Source of the DNA: Actinopolymorphaceae bacterium
GTDB taxonomy: Bacteria > Actinomycetota > Actinomycetes > Propionibacteriales > DAIQRJ01
DNA: 64,000 bases
Assembly (NCBI GenBank): GCA_036786375.1
Contig: DAIQRJ010000003.1
Span: 75,932-139,931, forward strand
Reading direction: 5' to 3'
This document shows positions 10,003-18,986 of this stretch, one piece after another; positions within the stretch are counted from its first letter, which is position 1, and each line of letters begins with the position of its first letter. Under the pieces are notes generated by a model. That model was not told where the DNA came from. It made no database searches and saw only the letters and a program-made list of their open reading frames with translations. A program made the position numbers and the translations under genes.

Positions 10003-10887
10003 TCAGCCGCGAAGGTCCATCGCGACGTCGAGGTCGGGCGCGGAGTGCGTCAGCGCCCCCACCGAGATGAAGTCGACGCCGGACTCAGCGATCGGGCGGA
10101 CGGTCTCCAGGGTGATCCCGCCGGACGCCTCGAGCTGTGCCCGGTCGCCGACCGCCTCCACGCAGGCGCGGAGTTCCGCCGGCGGCATGTTGTCGAGCAG
10201 CAGCCGGGTCGCGCCGGCCTCGACGGCCTCGCGCGCGCCGGCGACGTCGACGACCTCGATCTCCACCGGGATCGTCCCGGCCAGGCCCCGGACCTTCGCG
10301 TACGCGGCGGCGATCCCGCCGGCCGCGAGGATGTGGTTGTCCTTGACCAGCGCCATGTCCGAGAGCGTCATCCGGTGGTTGGTCCCGCCGCCGCAACGGA
10401 CCGCGTACTTCTCCAGCGCGCGGAGCAGCGGGGTGGTCTTGCGGGTGTCGAGGATGATCGCGCCGGTCCCCTCGACCGCGGCCACGAACCGGTGCGTCAA
10501 CGTGGCGACTCCCGAGAGGTGCCGGACGAAGTTCAGCGCGACCCGCTCACCGGTGAGCAGGTCCGCGGTCGCACCCCGGACGCTGAGGGCCACGGTGCCG
10601 GCCTCGACGGGCACGCCCTCCAGCACCGGCCCCTCCACGACCGCGGTACCGCCGCTGACCAGCGCCATCGTCACCTCGGCGACCAGCAGCCCGGCGACCA
10701 CGCCCGCCTCACGCACCACGAACTCGGCGGTGTCGCGCCGGTCCGGGCCGATCGTCGCGAGCGTCGTGACGTCCGAGCCCCCGCCGAGGTCCTCGTCGAG
10801 CGCGGCTCGGACGAGGGTGGCGAGCCGATCCGGGTCGAGCCCCGCAGCCACGATCCGGGTGGTCAGGTCGCCGGACAGGGCGGTCAT
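10003..10887 (-). CDS. nadC: nicotinate-nucleotide diphosphorylase (carboxylating)
   Basis: 294 aa. Contains ILDTRKTTPLLRALEKYAVRCGGGTNHR and LDNMPP, typical of quinolinate phosphoribosyltransferase. The ATG overlaps the nadB stop (ATGA at 10884-10887). Confidence 0.9.
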   Translation of the reverse strand: MTALSGDLTTRIVAAGLDPDRLATLVRAALDEDLGGGSDVTTLATIGPDRRDTAEFVVREAGVVAGLLVAEVTMALVSGGTAVVEGPVLEGVPVEAGTVALSVRGATADLLTGERVALNFVRHLSGVATLTHRFVAAVEGTGAIILDTRKTTPLLRALEKYAVRCGGGTNHRMTLSDMALVKDNHILAAGGIAAAYAKVRGLAGTIPVEIEVVDVAGAREAVEAGATRLLLDNMPPAELRACVEAVGDRAQLEASGGITLETVRPIAESGVDFISVGALTHSAPDLDVAMDLRG

Positions 10888-12608
10888 GCGGGCACCTCGA
10901 CGTCGGCCGGACCCGGAAGCGCGAGCGGAACGGCGTGGAAGGTCGTCGCGATCGACCCGTCGGCGCCGAGCACGTGATCGAGATGGCCCACCCAGTCGAC
11001 GTCGTCCTGCGCCGGGAAGTCGCTACGGCGGTGCGACCCACGGGACTCCGCACGGATCGCCGCCGCCTGCACGAGCGCCGTCGACACCGCGAACAGGTTG
11101 CTGGCCTCCCACGACGCCACCTCGGGGACGACGACGGAGTCGACGCTCTCCTGCTGCAGCACTCCCAGCCGGCGGCTCGTGGCGGCCATGCCCTGCGCCC
11201 ATCGCAGCACGCCGGAGCCGTCCGACATCGCCGTGCGCATCGCCGGGACCGCCTCCGGGTCCATCAGCCAGCCGGCGTCCGGAGGGATGACCGCCACAAC
11301 CCCGGCGACAGCCGTGCCGCCGCGGGCCGTCGGAACGATGCGCAACGGGTCGCCGGCCACGAGCAGCCGGGAGATCCGGCGCCCGAAGACGAGACCTTCC
11401 AGCAGCGAGTTCGACGCCAACCGGTTCGCGCCGTGGACGCCGGTGCAGGCGACCTCACCACAGGCATAGAGGCCGGGGATGGAGGACCGCCCGTCGATGT
11501 CGGTCGCGACCCCACCGGACGCGTAGTGGCAGGCAGGTGCGACCGGGATCAGCTGGGTGACCGGATCGATCCCGTTCATGCGGCAGGCGGCCAGGATCGT
11601 CGGGAACCGGTGCTCCCAGCGCTGCTCGCCGAAGCCGCGGGCATCGAGGAACACGTGGTCGGTTCCGGTCGCGCGCATCCGGGCCACGATCGCGGCCGAC
11701 ACGACGTCGCGCGGCGCGAGATCAGCCATCGGGTGGACTCCGAGCATGACCCGCTCACCGTCGGCGTCGACGAGGACGGCCCCTTCGCCGCGGACCGCCT
11801 CGCTGACCAGCGGCTGCTGGCCCCGGGAACCGGCTCCGAGCCAGAGCACGGTCGGGTGGAACTGCACGAACTCGAGGTCACGCAGCACCGCACCGGCCCG
11901 CAGTGCCATCGCCATCCCGTCTGCGGTCGACTCCGGCGGATTCGTGGTGGAGGCGAACACCTGACCGAGCCCCCCACTGGCGAGGACGACCGAGCGGCAC
12001 TGCACGGCACCCACGCCGTCGCGCTGGCCCTCGCCCATCACGTGCAAGCTGAGGCCCTTCACTGTGCCGGCCGCATCGAGCTCGAGGTCGAGGGCCAGCG
12101 CGTGCTCGACGATCTCGCCGTCGGCCGCGTGCAGCGCGGCCACCAGGGCGCGGGAGATCTCGGCGCCGGTGGCGTCACCGCCGGCATGGGCGATGCGATC
12201 CCGACGATGGCCGCCCTCACGGGTCAGCGACAGCTCGCCGGCGCCGGTGCGGTCGAACCGGGTTCCACGCTCGATCAGTTCGGCGACCGCGGCCGGACCC
12301 TCGGTGACGAGCAGCCGCACGGCCGCCTCGTCACAGACGCCGGCACCGGCGACGAGAGTGTCGTCGAGGTGCTCGCCGGGCGAGTCGCCGGGGGCGAGCG
12401 CGGCGGCGATGCCGCCCTGGGCCCAGCGGGTCGAGCCCGAGTGGGGGACGTCCTTGGTGACCACGAGGACGCGATGCCCGGCCTCGTGCAGGTTGAGCGC
12501 GACGGTGAGGCCGGCGATGCCGGTCCCGACGACGACGACGTCGGTCGACACGCTCCAGCCGGGGGCCGGGGCGGGTAGGCGCGAGGGGACGGTGGGCCCG
12601 GCGTTCAC
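10884..12608 (-). CDS. nadB: L-aspartate oxidase
   Basis: 574 aa from GTG 12608, which overlaps the panD stop as GTGA. It has the FAD motif [16 protein letters not shown] and the succinate-dehydrogenase/fumarate-reductase flavoprotein-like core ([33 protein letters not shown]). The Arg-rich upstream part of the 726-aa track ORF is rejected. Confidence 0.9.
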   Translation of the reverse strand: MNAGPTVPSRLPAPAPGWSVSTDVVVVGTGIAGLTVALNLHEAGHRVLVVTKDVPHSGSTRWAQGGIAAALAPGDSPGEHLDDTLVAGAGVCDEAAVRLLVTEGPAAVAELIERGTRFDRTGAGELSLTREGGHRRDRIAHAGGDATGAEISRALVAALHAADGEIVEHALALDLELDAAGTVKGLSLHVMGEGQRDGVGAVQCRSVVLASGGLGQVFASTTNPPESTADGMAMALRAGAVLRDLEFVQFHPTVLWLGAGSRGQQPLVSEAVRGEGAVLVDADGERVMLGVHPMADLAPRDVVSAAIVARMRATGTDHVFLDARGFGEQRWEHRFPTILAACRMNGIDPVTQLIPVAPACHYASGGVATDIDGRSSIPGLYACGEVACTGVHGANRLASNSLLEGLVFGRRISRLLVAGDPLRIVPTARGGTAVAGVVAVIPPDAGWLMDPEAVPAMRTAMSDGSGVLRWAQGMAATSRRLGVLQQESVDSVVVPEVASWEASNLFAVSTALVQAAAIRAESRGSHRRSDFPAQDDVDWVGHLDHVLGADGSIATTFHAVPLALPGPADVEVPA

Positions 12609-13054
12609 CGGGCGGCCACGCGGGGCTGGCCGGTTGCGGAGCTGCCGACGTTGGCGCTCGCGCTCAGCCCGTGCCCGGGCGGCACTGCGTTCGCGTTGTG
12701 CCCGAGTTCGACGATGCGGTTGCGGGCGTCGACAAAGACGACCTTGGGTTCGTGGACCGCGAGCTCGGCTGCATCGAGGAGGCCGAACGCCATCACGATG
12801 ACCACGTCGCCGGTGCCGACCAGATGGGCGGCGGCGCCGTTGATGCCGATCACGCCGCTGCCGCGCCGGCCGATGATGCAGTACGTCTCGAGCCGCGTGC
12901 CGGTGGTGACATCGACGACGAGTACCTTCTCGCCCTCGGCGAGCCCGGCGGCGTCGAGCAGATCCTCGTCGATGGTGATCGAGCCGACGTAGTGCAGGTC
13001 GGCCTCGGTCACCGTCGCGCGGTGGATCTTGGAAGTCAGCATGTGCCGAAGCAC
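12605..13054 (-). CDS. panD: aspartate 1-decarboxylase
   Basis: 149 aa. Begins [33 protein letters not shown] and includes the G-S self-processing site. It carries an unusually long C-terminal tail of about 25 aa. Confidence 0.93.
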   Translation of the reverse strand: MLRHMLTSKIHRATVTEADLHYVGSITIDEDLLDAAGLAEGEKVLVVDVTTGTRLETYCIIGRRGSGVIGINGAAAHLVGTGDVVIVMAFGLLDAAELAVHEPKVVFVDARNRIVELGHNANAVPPGHGLSASANVGSSATGQPRVAAR

Positions 13055-13145
13055 GGACGGTCACTCCTGTCAGAAGGCGGCGCCGGACGACTCGTCCGAT
13101 GCTCCAGTGTGGTCCAAGCGGTCGAGCGGGTCGTTATCTGCTCCG

Positions 13146-13991
13146 TCACACGAACGTAACCGGACCATTGTCGATCAACCGCGTAGGGCCGAACGCAGCG
13201 GCCACCAGGAGCCGTGCGTCGCCATGTCGCGGCGCGGGGCCGAGGTCCGGGTCGCGCACTTCCAGGTAGTCCACGTCGACGTCGTGCGCTGCCAGCACGT
13301 CCCGGGCGGCGGCCAGGACACCCGGCGGCGCCTCGCCCGCCTCTGCGGCTGACTGCCCGGCCGTCAGCGCCCGGGACAGGCCGAGTGCCCGTGCCCGCTG
13401 TTCCGGGCTGAAGAAGCGGTTGCGGCTCGACAAGGCGAGCCCGTCGGGATCCCGCACGATCGGCGCGCCGACGATGGTGGCGCCGAGGTCGAGATCGGCG
13501 ACCATCGCCCTGATGAGGACGAACTGCTGATAGTCCTTCGCGCCGAAGACCGCGACACCGGGCGCCGTCCGGATGAGGAGCTTGGCGACGACCGTGAGCA
13601 TGCCGGCGAAGTGGCCCGGCCGGAGCGCGCCCTCGAGCTCGGAGCCCAGCGGACCCGGGTCGATGGTGACGGTCACCGGCACCGGGTACATGTCCGCGAC
13701 GTCGGGGGCGTAGACGAGATCAGTCCCCGCCGACTCGAGCTTCGCCAGGTCGGCGTCGAGCGTGCGCGGGTAACGGGCCAGGTCGCCGGGATCGCCGAAC
13801 TGCAGCGGGTTGACGAAGATCGTGGCCTCGACCAGGCCGTCCGCGCCGACCTCGGCACGTGCCCGCCGGACGAGGCTCAGGTGGCCCTCGTGCAGCGCGC
13901 CCATCGTCATGACGACGGCGCGTCGGTCGTGCGCGGTCCCGGCCAGCCGGTCGGCCAGCTCGGCGCGGGTGTGGACGAGCTGCATCGGCAC
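13146..13991 (-). CDS. panC: pantoate--beta-alanine ligase
   Basis: 281 aa with the motif MGALHEGHLSLV and a conserved C-terminal half. The start is GTG 13991 or ATG 13985. Confidence 0.92.
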   Translation of the reverse strand: MPMQLVHTRAELADRLAGTAHDRRAVVMTMGALHEGHLSLVRRARAEVGADGLVEATIFVNPLQFGDPGDLARYPRTLDADLAKLESAGTDLVYAPDVADMYPVPVTVTIDPGPLGSELEGALRPGHFAGMLTVVAKLLIRTAPGVAVFGAKDYQQFVLIRAMVADLDLGATIVGAPIVRDPDGLALSSRNRFFSPEQRARALGLSRALTAGQSAAEAGEAPPGVLAAARDVLAAHDVDVDYLEVRDPDLGPAPRHGDARLLVAAAFGPTRLIDNGPVTFV

Positions 13992-13995
13992 CTTC

Positions 13996-14919
13996 TCAGG
14001 ACTCGGGTCGACCGGCGAGGACCGCGGCGACCGCGCGGGCGGCAGGCTCGTCGAGCACCCCGGCGGCCGTCAGCCGGTGCAGCGTCGCCGAGCTGAGGGC
14101 AGCGTAGGTGAGGGCGGTGTCGGGGTCGTCGAAGGTCGCCAGGTGTGCCTGGATGGTCGCGGCGTCACCACGGCTGATCGGCCCGGTGTAGGCCGGCTCG
14201 TCGAGCATCGCGTTGGCCAGCGCCGAGCGGACGAGCGGGCCGAGCATCGCGGACGGGTCGGCCACCCCGACGCTGCGCAGCAGGTCGGCGGCCTGTGCCT
14301 GCAGGACGGCGAGGAAGTTCGAGGCGTGCGAGAGCGCCGCGTGATAGCGGGGCCGGTCGTCCTCGTCGAGGTCGACGGGCCGGCCGCCGAGGTCGAGCAC
14401 GAGCGCGTGCGCCAGCCCCGACGACCTCTCGTCGTATGTGCATGCCCACGTCACCCCTGCCAGTCGGGGAACGTCGGCGGCGGTGCCGGTGAAGGTCATC
14501 GCGGGGTGCAGGGCCAGCAGCCCCGGACCGGTCGGGGCGCGCAGCGGCGCCAGCGCACGGACCCCGGTCGCGCCGGACAGGTGCCAGAACGCGCTGCCGG
14601 CACGGGTCGAGGCGGGCAGTCCGGCGATGGCCTCGGCGGTACCCGCCACCGCTGCGTCGGGGACGGCGAGCAGGACGATGTCGCTGACGTCCACCAGGTC
14701 GGCGATCGGGAGCTGCGGGATGCCGGGCAGCAGCCGCATCATCCGGTCGAGTGCGGCGGCGGAGACCGGGTCGCGTCCGCTCCAACCGGTGACCAGATGA
14801 TCGGCCCGGACGAGTGCTGCCGCGACCACCGCACCGCTGCGGCCGGGCCCGACGAGCCCCACCGAGCCACGTGCGGGCGGGTCGGCGGCGGGTCCGGGCA
14901 TGCCGTGAGTCTCGCTCAT
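13996..14919 (-). CDS. Rossmann-fold NAD(P)-binding protein with DUF2520-like C-terminal domain
   Basis: About 307 aa from ATG 14919. The GxGxxG motif is GLVGPGRSGAVVAAAL. It lies immediately upstream of panC in the same orientation. The domain call is from memory. Confidence 0.65.
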   Translation of the reverse strand: MSETHGMPGPAADPPARGSVGLVGPGRSGAVVAAALVRADHLVTGWSGRDPVSAAALDRMMRLLPGIPQLPIADLVDVSDIVLLAVPDAAVAGTAEAIAGLPASTRAGSAFWHLSGATGVRALAPLRAPTGPGLLALHPAMTFTGTAADVPRLAGVTWACTYDERSSGLAHALVLDLGGRPVDLDEDDRPRYHAALSHASNFLAVLQAQAADLLRSVGVADPSAMLGPLVRSALANAMLDEPAYTGPISRGDAATIQAHLATFDDPDTALTYAALSSATLHRLTAAGVLDEPAARAVAAVLAGRPES

Positions 14920-15088
14920 CGTCGCGGCCAGCCGACCAGGACGCCCGGCGTAGGACGCCGGTGGACCCGAATACTGCCTGGGAGTGGACGAACTGGGACA
15001 CTCGCAGGACCATCGGCACGAGCCGGCGCCGGCGGGCACGGATCGACACAGCACTCACGGACCGACACAGGGGCACGGAGGTGGGGTC

Positions 15089-15847
15089 GTGGACGCGTCG
15101 ACCTACCTTCGCGCCGTCACCCCGGTCGAGCGTGAGCTCGCGAACGAACGCATCCGGCTGTCCGAGCAGGCCCGGTTCATCGACGCGGACGAGTCGGCCG
15201 GGCGCAGCGCGCACCTCGTGAACGTCCGGACCGTCGGTGAACTCGCCGCGGTCGTCGACGACCTGCCGGATCTCGGCGATCTGCGGGCCCGCCGGTCCGG
15301 CGCGCTCGCGGTGCCGCCGTCGGGCTACCCGGCCCCGGTACCGGGCGCGGCGGTCGCGAGCTGGGCACCGGGTGCAGTGCCGGCGCCACGCAAGGTGCGG
15401 CTGCCGCTCACGTCCCCCGGCCGCGAGGACGCCCCGCCGCCGGACCTCCCCTACGGCCCCTACGGCGACCAGTTCGATCAGGCCGACCCACGGGTCCTCA
15501 GCCACCGCGTCGTCACCCGGGTGGTGCCGACGGCATGGGGTCCGACGTGGCAGACCCTGGTCGTCAGGCAGACCAACCGGATGGCCGTGATCTCGTTCGT
15601 GTGCGGGCTGGCCGCGCTCGTCTGCACGATCACCGCGCCGGTCGGGGTCGTCACCGGCCACCTGGCACTTGCGCAGATCAGACGTTCGGACCTCGCCCTG
15701 GCCGAGGGCACGGTCGCGGCCGTCGGCGAACAACCGCAGCAGGGTCGCGGCCTCGCCATCGCCGGGCTGATCATCTCGTACGTGTTCGTGGCGCTCGGGC
15801 TGTCCCTGCTGGTCGCCGTCATCGTGTCGGTCATCCAGCAGTCGTAG
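15089..15847 (+). CDS. DUF1707 / DUF4190 domain membrane protein
   Basis: GTG 15089 is preceded by a GGAGG RBS. The N-terminal segment (RAVTPVERELANERIRLSEQARFIDADE) resembles DUF1707. A Pro-rich linker follows. The C-terminal two-TM segment (MAVISFVCGLAALVCTITAPVGVVTGHLALAQIRR) is typical of DUF4190. Confidence 0.6.
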   Translation: MDASTYLRAVTPVERELANERIRLSEQARFIDADESAGRSAHLVNVRTVGELAAVVDDLPDLGDLRARRSGALAVPPSGYPAPVPGAAVASWAPGAVPAPRKVRLPLTSPGREDAPPPDLPYGPYGDQFDQADPRVLSHRVVTRVVPTAWGPTWQTLVVRQTNRMAVISFVCGLAALVCTITAPVGVVTGHLALAQIRRSDLALAEGTVAAVGEQPQQGRGLAIAGLIISYVFVALGLSLLVAVIVSVIQQS

Positions 15848-15856
15848 CCCCCGGAA

Positions 15857-16447
15857 CTACTGGCCGGACGCTCGGGCGTGCTGCACGGGCCCGTGGTCGA
15901 ACTGCTGGACGGGCAGCTTCACGACCGTCGAGCGTGCGCCCTGCTGCTCGGATGTGTCGTCCGATGTCGCGTCCGGCTTCGCGTCCTGCGCCCGGCCCGC
16001 GGCGGAGCGTGCCGCCGCCAGCTCGAGGTCGGCGTTGCGGGCGGCGAGCTCGAGGTAGCGGGCGGTCAGCTCGCCCACGCGGCCCACGAGTGCGGCCGCC
16101 TGCGCGACGAGGCGTTCGAGCTCGTGCTGGTGCTCGGTCGCCTGACGCTCGAACAGGGCCGTGTAGGCGCCCGCCAGCGACGCGTTCGCGGCGGCCGCGG
16201 CCCGCCGGCCGTCGAGCGACTCTTTCACCAGGCAGGCCGCCGCGGCGATCGCCAGCACGACCGCGAGGACGGCGGCGGCGCCCACCAGGACGGCCGATCC
16301 GCTGACCGACGCGCCGGCCACCAGTGCCGCGGCGATCACGAGGACGACATAGGCGTAACGGCGGAGCGGGTTGCGGGGGACGCGACGACGTGGGTGCGGC
16401 ATGGCAACAGGGTAGGGATGTCGGTACTGCAGTGGCTGGAGTGACAC
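15857..16447 (-). CDS. hypothetical Ala-rich membrane/coiled-coil protein
   Basis: 196-aa ORF. One predicted TM stretch (YVVLVIAAALVAGASVSGSAVLVGAAAVLAVVLAIAAAACL) is followed by a heptad-like Ala/Leu/Glu region. I recognised no family motif. The start is uncertain, with an alternative ATG at 16402. Confidence 0.45.
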   Translation of the reverse strand: MSLQPLQYRHPYPVAMPHPRRRVPRNPLRRYAYVVLVIAAALVAGASVSGSAVLVGAAAVLAVVLAIAAAACLVKESLDGRRAAAAANASLAGAYTALFERQATEHQHELERLVAQAAALVGRVGELTARYLELAARNADLELAAARSAAGRAQDAKPDATSDDTSEQQGARSTVVKLPVQQFDHGPVQHARASGQ

Positions 16448-16457
16448 GCGGCGGCGC

Positions 16458-16967
16458 TCAGGCGCGGGCGGCGCTGCCCTCGTCGTCGGGGTCGGCCGGG
16501 CGCCGGCAGGCGATCTCGAGCAGGAGCCCGCCGACCGCCGCGACGAACAGCACGAGACCGCCGACCAGCAGCGACAGCGTGGCCGACTGCGTGAACGAAC
16601 CGGGTCCCAACGTCGCGCGCCACAGGCCGAGGCCGAGATAGAAGCCGCCGACAGCCGGTGCGACCACGGCGGTGGCCTTCCCCATCACCAGCAACCGGAT
16701 CGCGTACCCCGAGACCATCCGCTGCTTCTTGCGGTGCAGGACGTCGTACGTGCGCCACGCGGCGCCCAGCATGACCGCGGCGAACACCGCCCAGAGCGCC
16801 GTGACCGCCCAGGACATCCCGACGACCGAGTGCGAGGTCGAACTCAGCAGCACGGCCAGGATCCAGCCGACGCACCCTCCGAGAACGGCCAGCACGCCCA
16901 TCACCGACGGCCGCGTCGTCCGGAGGCCGTTCCCGCCGGCTGGCGCCGAAACCCCCGGGCCGCTCAC
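16458..16967 (-). CDS. DUF3180-like small integral membrane protein
   Basis: About 169 aa from GTG 16967, which overlaps the folK stop as GTGA. It has four hydrophobic segments. A DUF3180 gene is commonly found directly downstream of folK (from memory). Confidence 0.6.
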   Translation of the reverse strand: MSGPGVSAPAGGNGLRTTRPSVMGVLAVLGGCVGWILAVLLSSTSHSVVGMSWAVTALWAVFAAVMLGAAWRTYDVLHRKKQRMVSGYAIRLLVMGKATAVVAPAVGGFYLGLGLWRATLGPGSFTQSATLSLLVGGLVLFVAAVGGLLLEIACRRPADPDDEGSAARA

Positions 16968-17530
16968 TCGCGGACGAGATCGATACCCGTCACGACCCGG
17001 AGTCCGGTCGTGTCCAAGTCCTGCAGGAGGTCGATCAGGCGCCCCCGGCCGGGGATCTCGGCACCCGGGTCGACCTCGAGCCACGGGACGACGACGAAGG
17101 CGCGCTCGTGCGCACGCGGGTGCGGCAGGTCGAGCTCATCGGTGGCGCTGGTGGCGTCGCCGACGACCAGCAGGTCGACGTCGAGGGTGCGCGGCGCGTT
17201 GCGCTCCCCCCGCCGGCGGCCGAACGCGTCCTCGACCGCGAGCGCACGCTCGAGGAGCATCTGCGGGGTCAGCATGCTGTCGGCCACGACGACGGCGTTG
17301 TAGAACTCAGGCGACCCCTCCGGCGCGGCCACGGCGGCACTCGCGTACACCCGCGACACGTGCCGGAGCACGAGGTCCGGGGTCTCCTGCAGGCTGTCGA
17401 CCGCGCCGGCCAGGTTCGCCTCGCGGTCGCCCAGATTCGAGCCGATCGCGAGGACGACCTTGCGGATCGGCGTCAGCTGCCCGGTCATGGTGTCGGTGCT
17501 GATGACGTTCGGGCTGGGTGAGGACGTCAT
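16964..17530 (-). CDS. folK: 2-amino-4-hydroxy-6-hydroxymethyldihydropteridine diphosphokinase
   Basis: 188 aa from ATG 17530, which overlaps the folB stop as ATGA. Motifs include VLAIGSNLGDR, RTLDVDLL and PHPRAHERAFVVVP. Confidence 0.9.
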   Translation of the reverse strand: MTSSPSPNVISTDTMTGQLTPIRKVVLAIGSNLGDREANLAGAVDSLQETPDLVLRHVSRVYASAAVAAPEGSPEFYNAVVVADSMLTPQMLLERALAVEDAFGRRRGERNAPRTLDVDLLVVGDATSATDELDLPHPRAHERAFVVVPWLEVDPGAEIPGRGRLIDLLQDLDTTGLRVVTGIDLVRE

Positions 17531-17889
17531 GAGCGACTCCGGTCTATGGTCACGGCGACATCGGCGAAATCGATGGCCATCGGTGCGTTGGGCTTGTGAA
17601 CGGTGATGCGGGCGGCGTCGACGAGCGGGTCGGTCAGGCACTGGTCGGCGATGCGGGCGGCGAGGGTCTCGATCAAGTCGACCGGCTCACCTTCGACGAT
17701 CCCGACCACGGCCGCGGCCAGCACCGAATAGTCCACGGTGCGGGCCAGGTCGTCGGACTCGGCGGCGGGACGGGTGTCGACATCGAGCACGACGTCGACG
17801 ACGAAGACCTGGCCGTCGCGCCGCTCCTCGGGGAACACTCCGTGCCGTCCGCGGACGGCGAGACCGGTCAGGCTGACCTGATCGGCCAC
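17527..17889 (-). CDS. folB: dihydroneopterin aldolase
   Basis: 120 aa, beginning DQVSLTGLAVRGRHGVFPEERRDGQVFVVDVVL. An AAGGAGG RBS lies upstream of the GTG start. Confidence 0.9.
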   Translation of the reverse strand: MADQVSLTGLAVRGRHGVFPEERRDGQVFVVDVVLDVDTRPAAESDDLARTVDYSVLAAAVVGIVEGEPVDLIETLAARIADQCLTDPLVDAARITVHKPNAPMAIDFADVAVTIDRSRS

Positions 17890-17917
17890 GGCGTGCCTCC
17901 TTCGTCGGACTAGCTCG

Positions 17918-17956
17918 GTCGGATCAGCGCAGTCGGATCAGCGCAGTCGGATCAGC
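17918..17956. repeat. 14-bp tandem repeat (GTCGGATCAGCGCA x 2.8) in the folP-folB spacer
   Basis: Read directly from the sequence. Two perfect units and one 11-nt partial unit lie head to tail. Confidence 0.9.
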
Positions 17957-18044
17957 TTCGTCGGGTCGGCGCGCATCGTCGTCCGTCCGTCACAAAGCGA
18001 TGATGCAGGTGTTACCGGGAGCACCGGAAGGTTACCCGACCGAC

Positions 18045-18887
18045 TCACTTCCGCCGCTCGGCGACCAGCCTGGCCGCGACCCGCACGGCGTCGAGCGACG
18101 AGCCCACATCGTGGGCACGCACGCACCAGACGCCGGCGGCGGCCGCGATCGCCGACACCGCCGCGGTGGCGGCGTCGCGGCGCCGCGCCGGCCGCGGCTC
18201 ACCAGTGCCCGGATCGGCGAGGAGCTTGCCCAAGAAGGCCTTGCGGCTGGCGCCGAGCAGGACCGGGTAACCGAGGCCGACGAACGCGTCCAGCCGGTCG
18301 AGCAGGGTCCAGTTCTGCTCCGAGGTCTTGGCGAAACCGAGGCCGGGATCGAGGACGAGGGCGGACGCATCGAGGCCGGCGTCGAGGATGACGTCCACCC
18401 GATCCGACAGTTCGGTGACCACGTCGGCCACCACGTCGTCGTAACGGGCGTGGTCCTGCATCTCGACCGAGTGCCCGCGCCAGTGCATCGCGATGTAGGG
18501 GCAGCCGCGCTCGACGACCAACGGCAGCATCGACGGATCGGCCAGCCCGCCGGAGATGTCGTTGACGATCCCGGCCCCGAGATCGAGCGCCGCCTCCGCC
18601 ACCCGGGCGCGCATCGTGTCGACGCTGACCACGGCGCCGGCGGCGGCGAGCTCGCGGATGACCGGCAGGACCCGCCGGAGCTCCTCCTCCACCGGCGGCC
18701 GGACGGCGCCTGGACGGGTGGACTCGCCGCCGACGTCGAGAATGTCGGCGCCGAGGCCGAGCATCTCGAGCCCGTGCGCGATCGCGTCGGCCGGCTCCCA
18801 CCACAGCCCGCCGTCGGAGAACGAGTCCGGCGTGACGTTGACGACCCCGGAGACCAGGCATCGCCCGGTCGAGGAGAGCCGGGTCAT
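18045..18887 (-). CDS. folP: dihydropteroate synthase
   Basis: 280 aa from ATG 18887, with an alternative GTG at 18899. Motifs include GVVNVTPDSFSDGG, DVGGESTRPG and GFAKT. The upstream part of the 541-aa track ORF is antisense to dinB and is rejected. Confidence 0.92.
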   Translation of the reverse strand: MTRLSSTGRCLVSGVVNVTPDSFSDGGLWWEPADAIAHGLEMLGLGADILDVGGESTRPGAVRPPVEEELRRVLPVIRELAAAGAVVSVDTMRARVAEAALDLGAGIVNDISGGLADPSMLPLVVERGCPYIAMHWRGHSVEMQDHARYDDVVADVVTELSDRVDVILDAGLDASALVLDPGLGFAKTSEQNWTLLDRLDAFVGLGYPVLLGASRKAFLGKLLADPGTGEPRPARRRDAATAAVSAIAAAAGVWCVRAHDVGSSLDAVRVAARLVAERRK

Positions 18888-18949
18888 CAACGCGTTCACG
18901 GAGCCAGTCTGCCGGTGTGTCCAGCCGGCCGCGTCGCAGTCGATTCGAC

Positions 18950-18977
18950 TCGAATATTTGTTCGAATATCTGTTACG
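18950..18977. promoter_or_regulatory. two overlapping SOS-box-like (LexA) operators upstream of dinB
   Basis: TCGAATATTTGTTCGA (18950-18965) matches the actinobacterial/Gram-positive LexA consensus TCGAAC-N4-GTTCGA at 11 of 12 arm positions. It overlaps a weaker copy, TCGAATATCTGTTACG (18962-17977 read as 18962-18977). The sites lie 10-37 nt upstream of the dinB GTG. Confidence 0.5.
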
Positions 18978-18986
18978 GTCGGTCCC

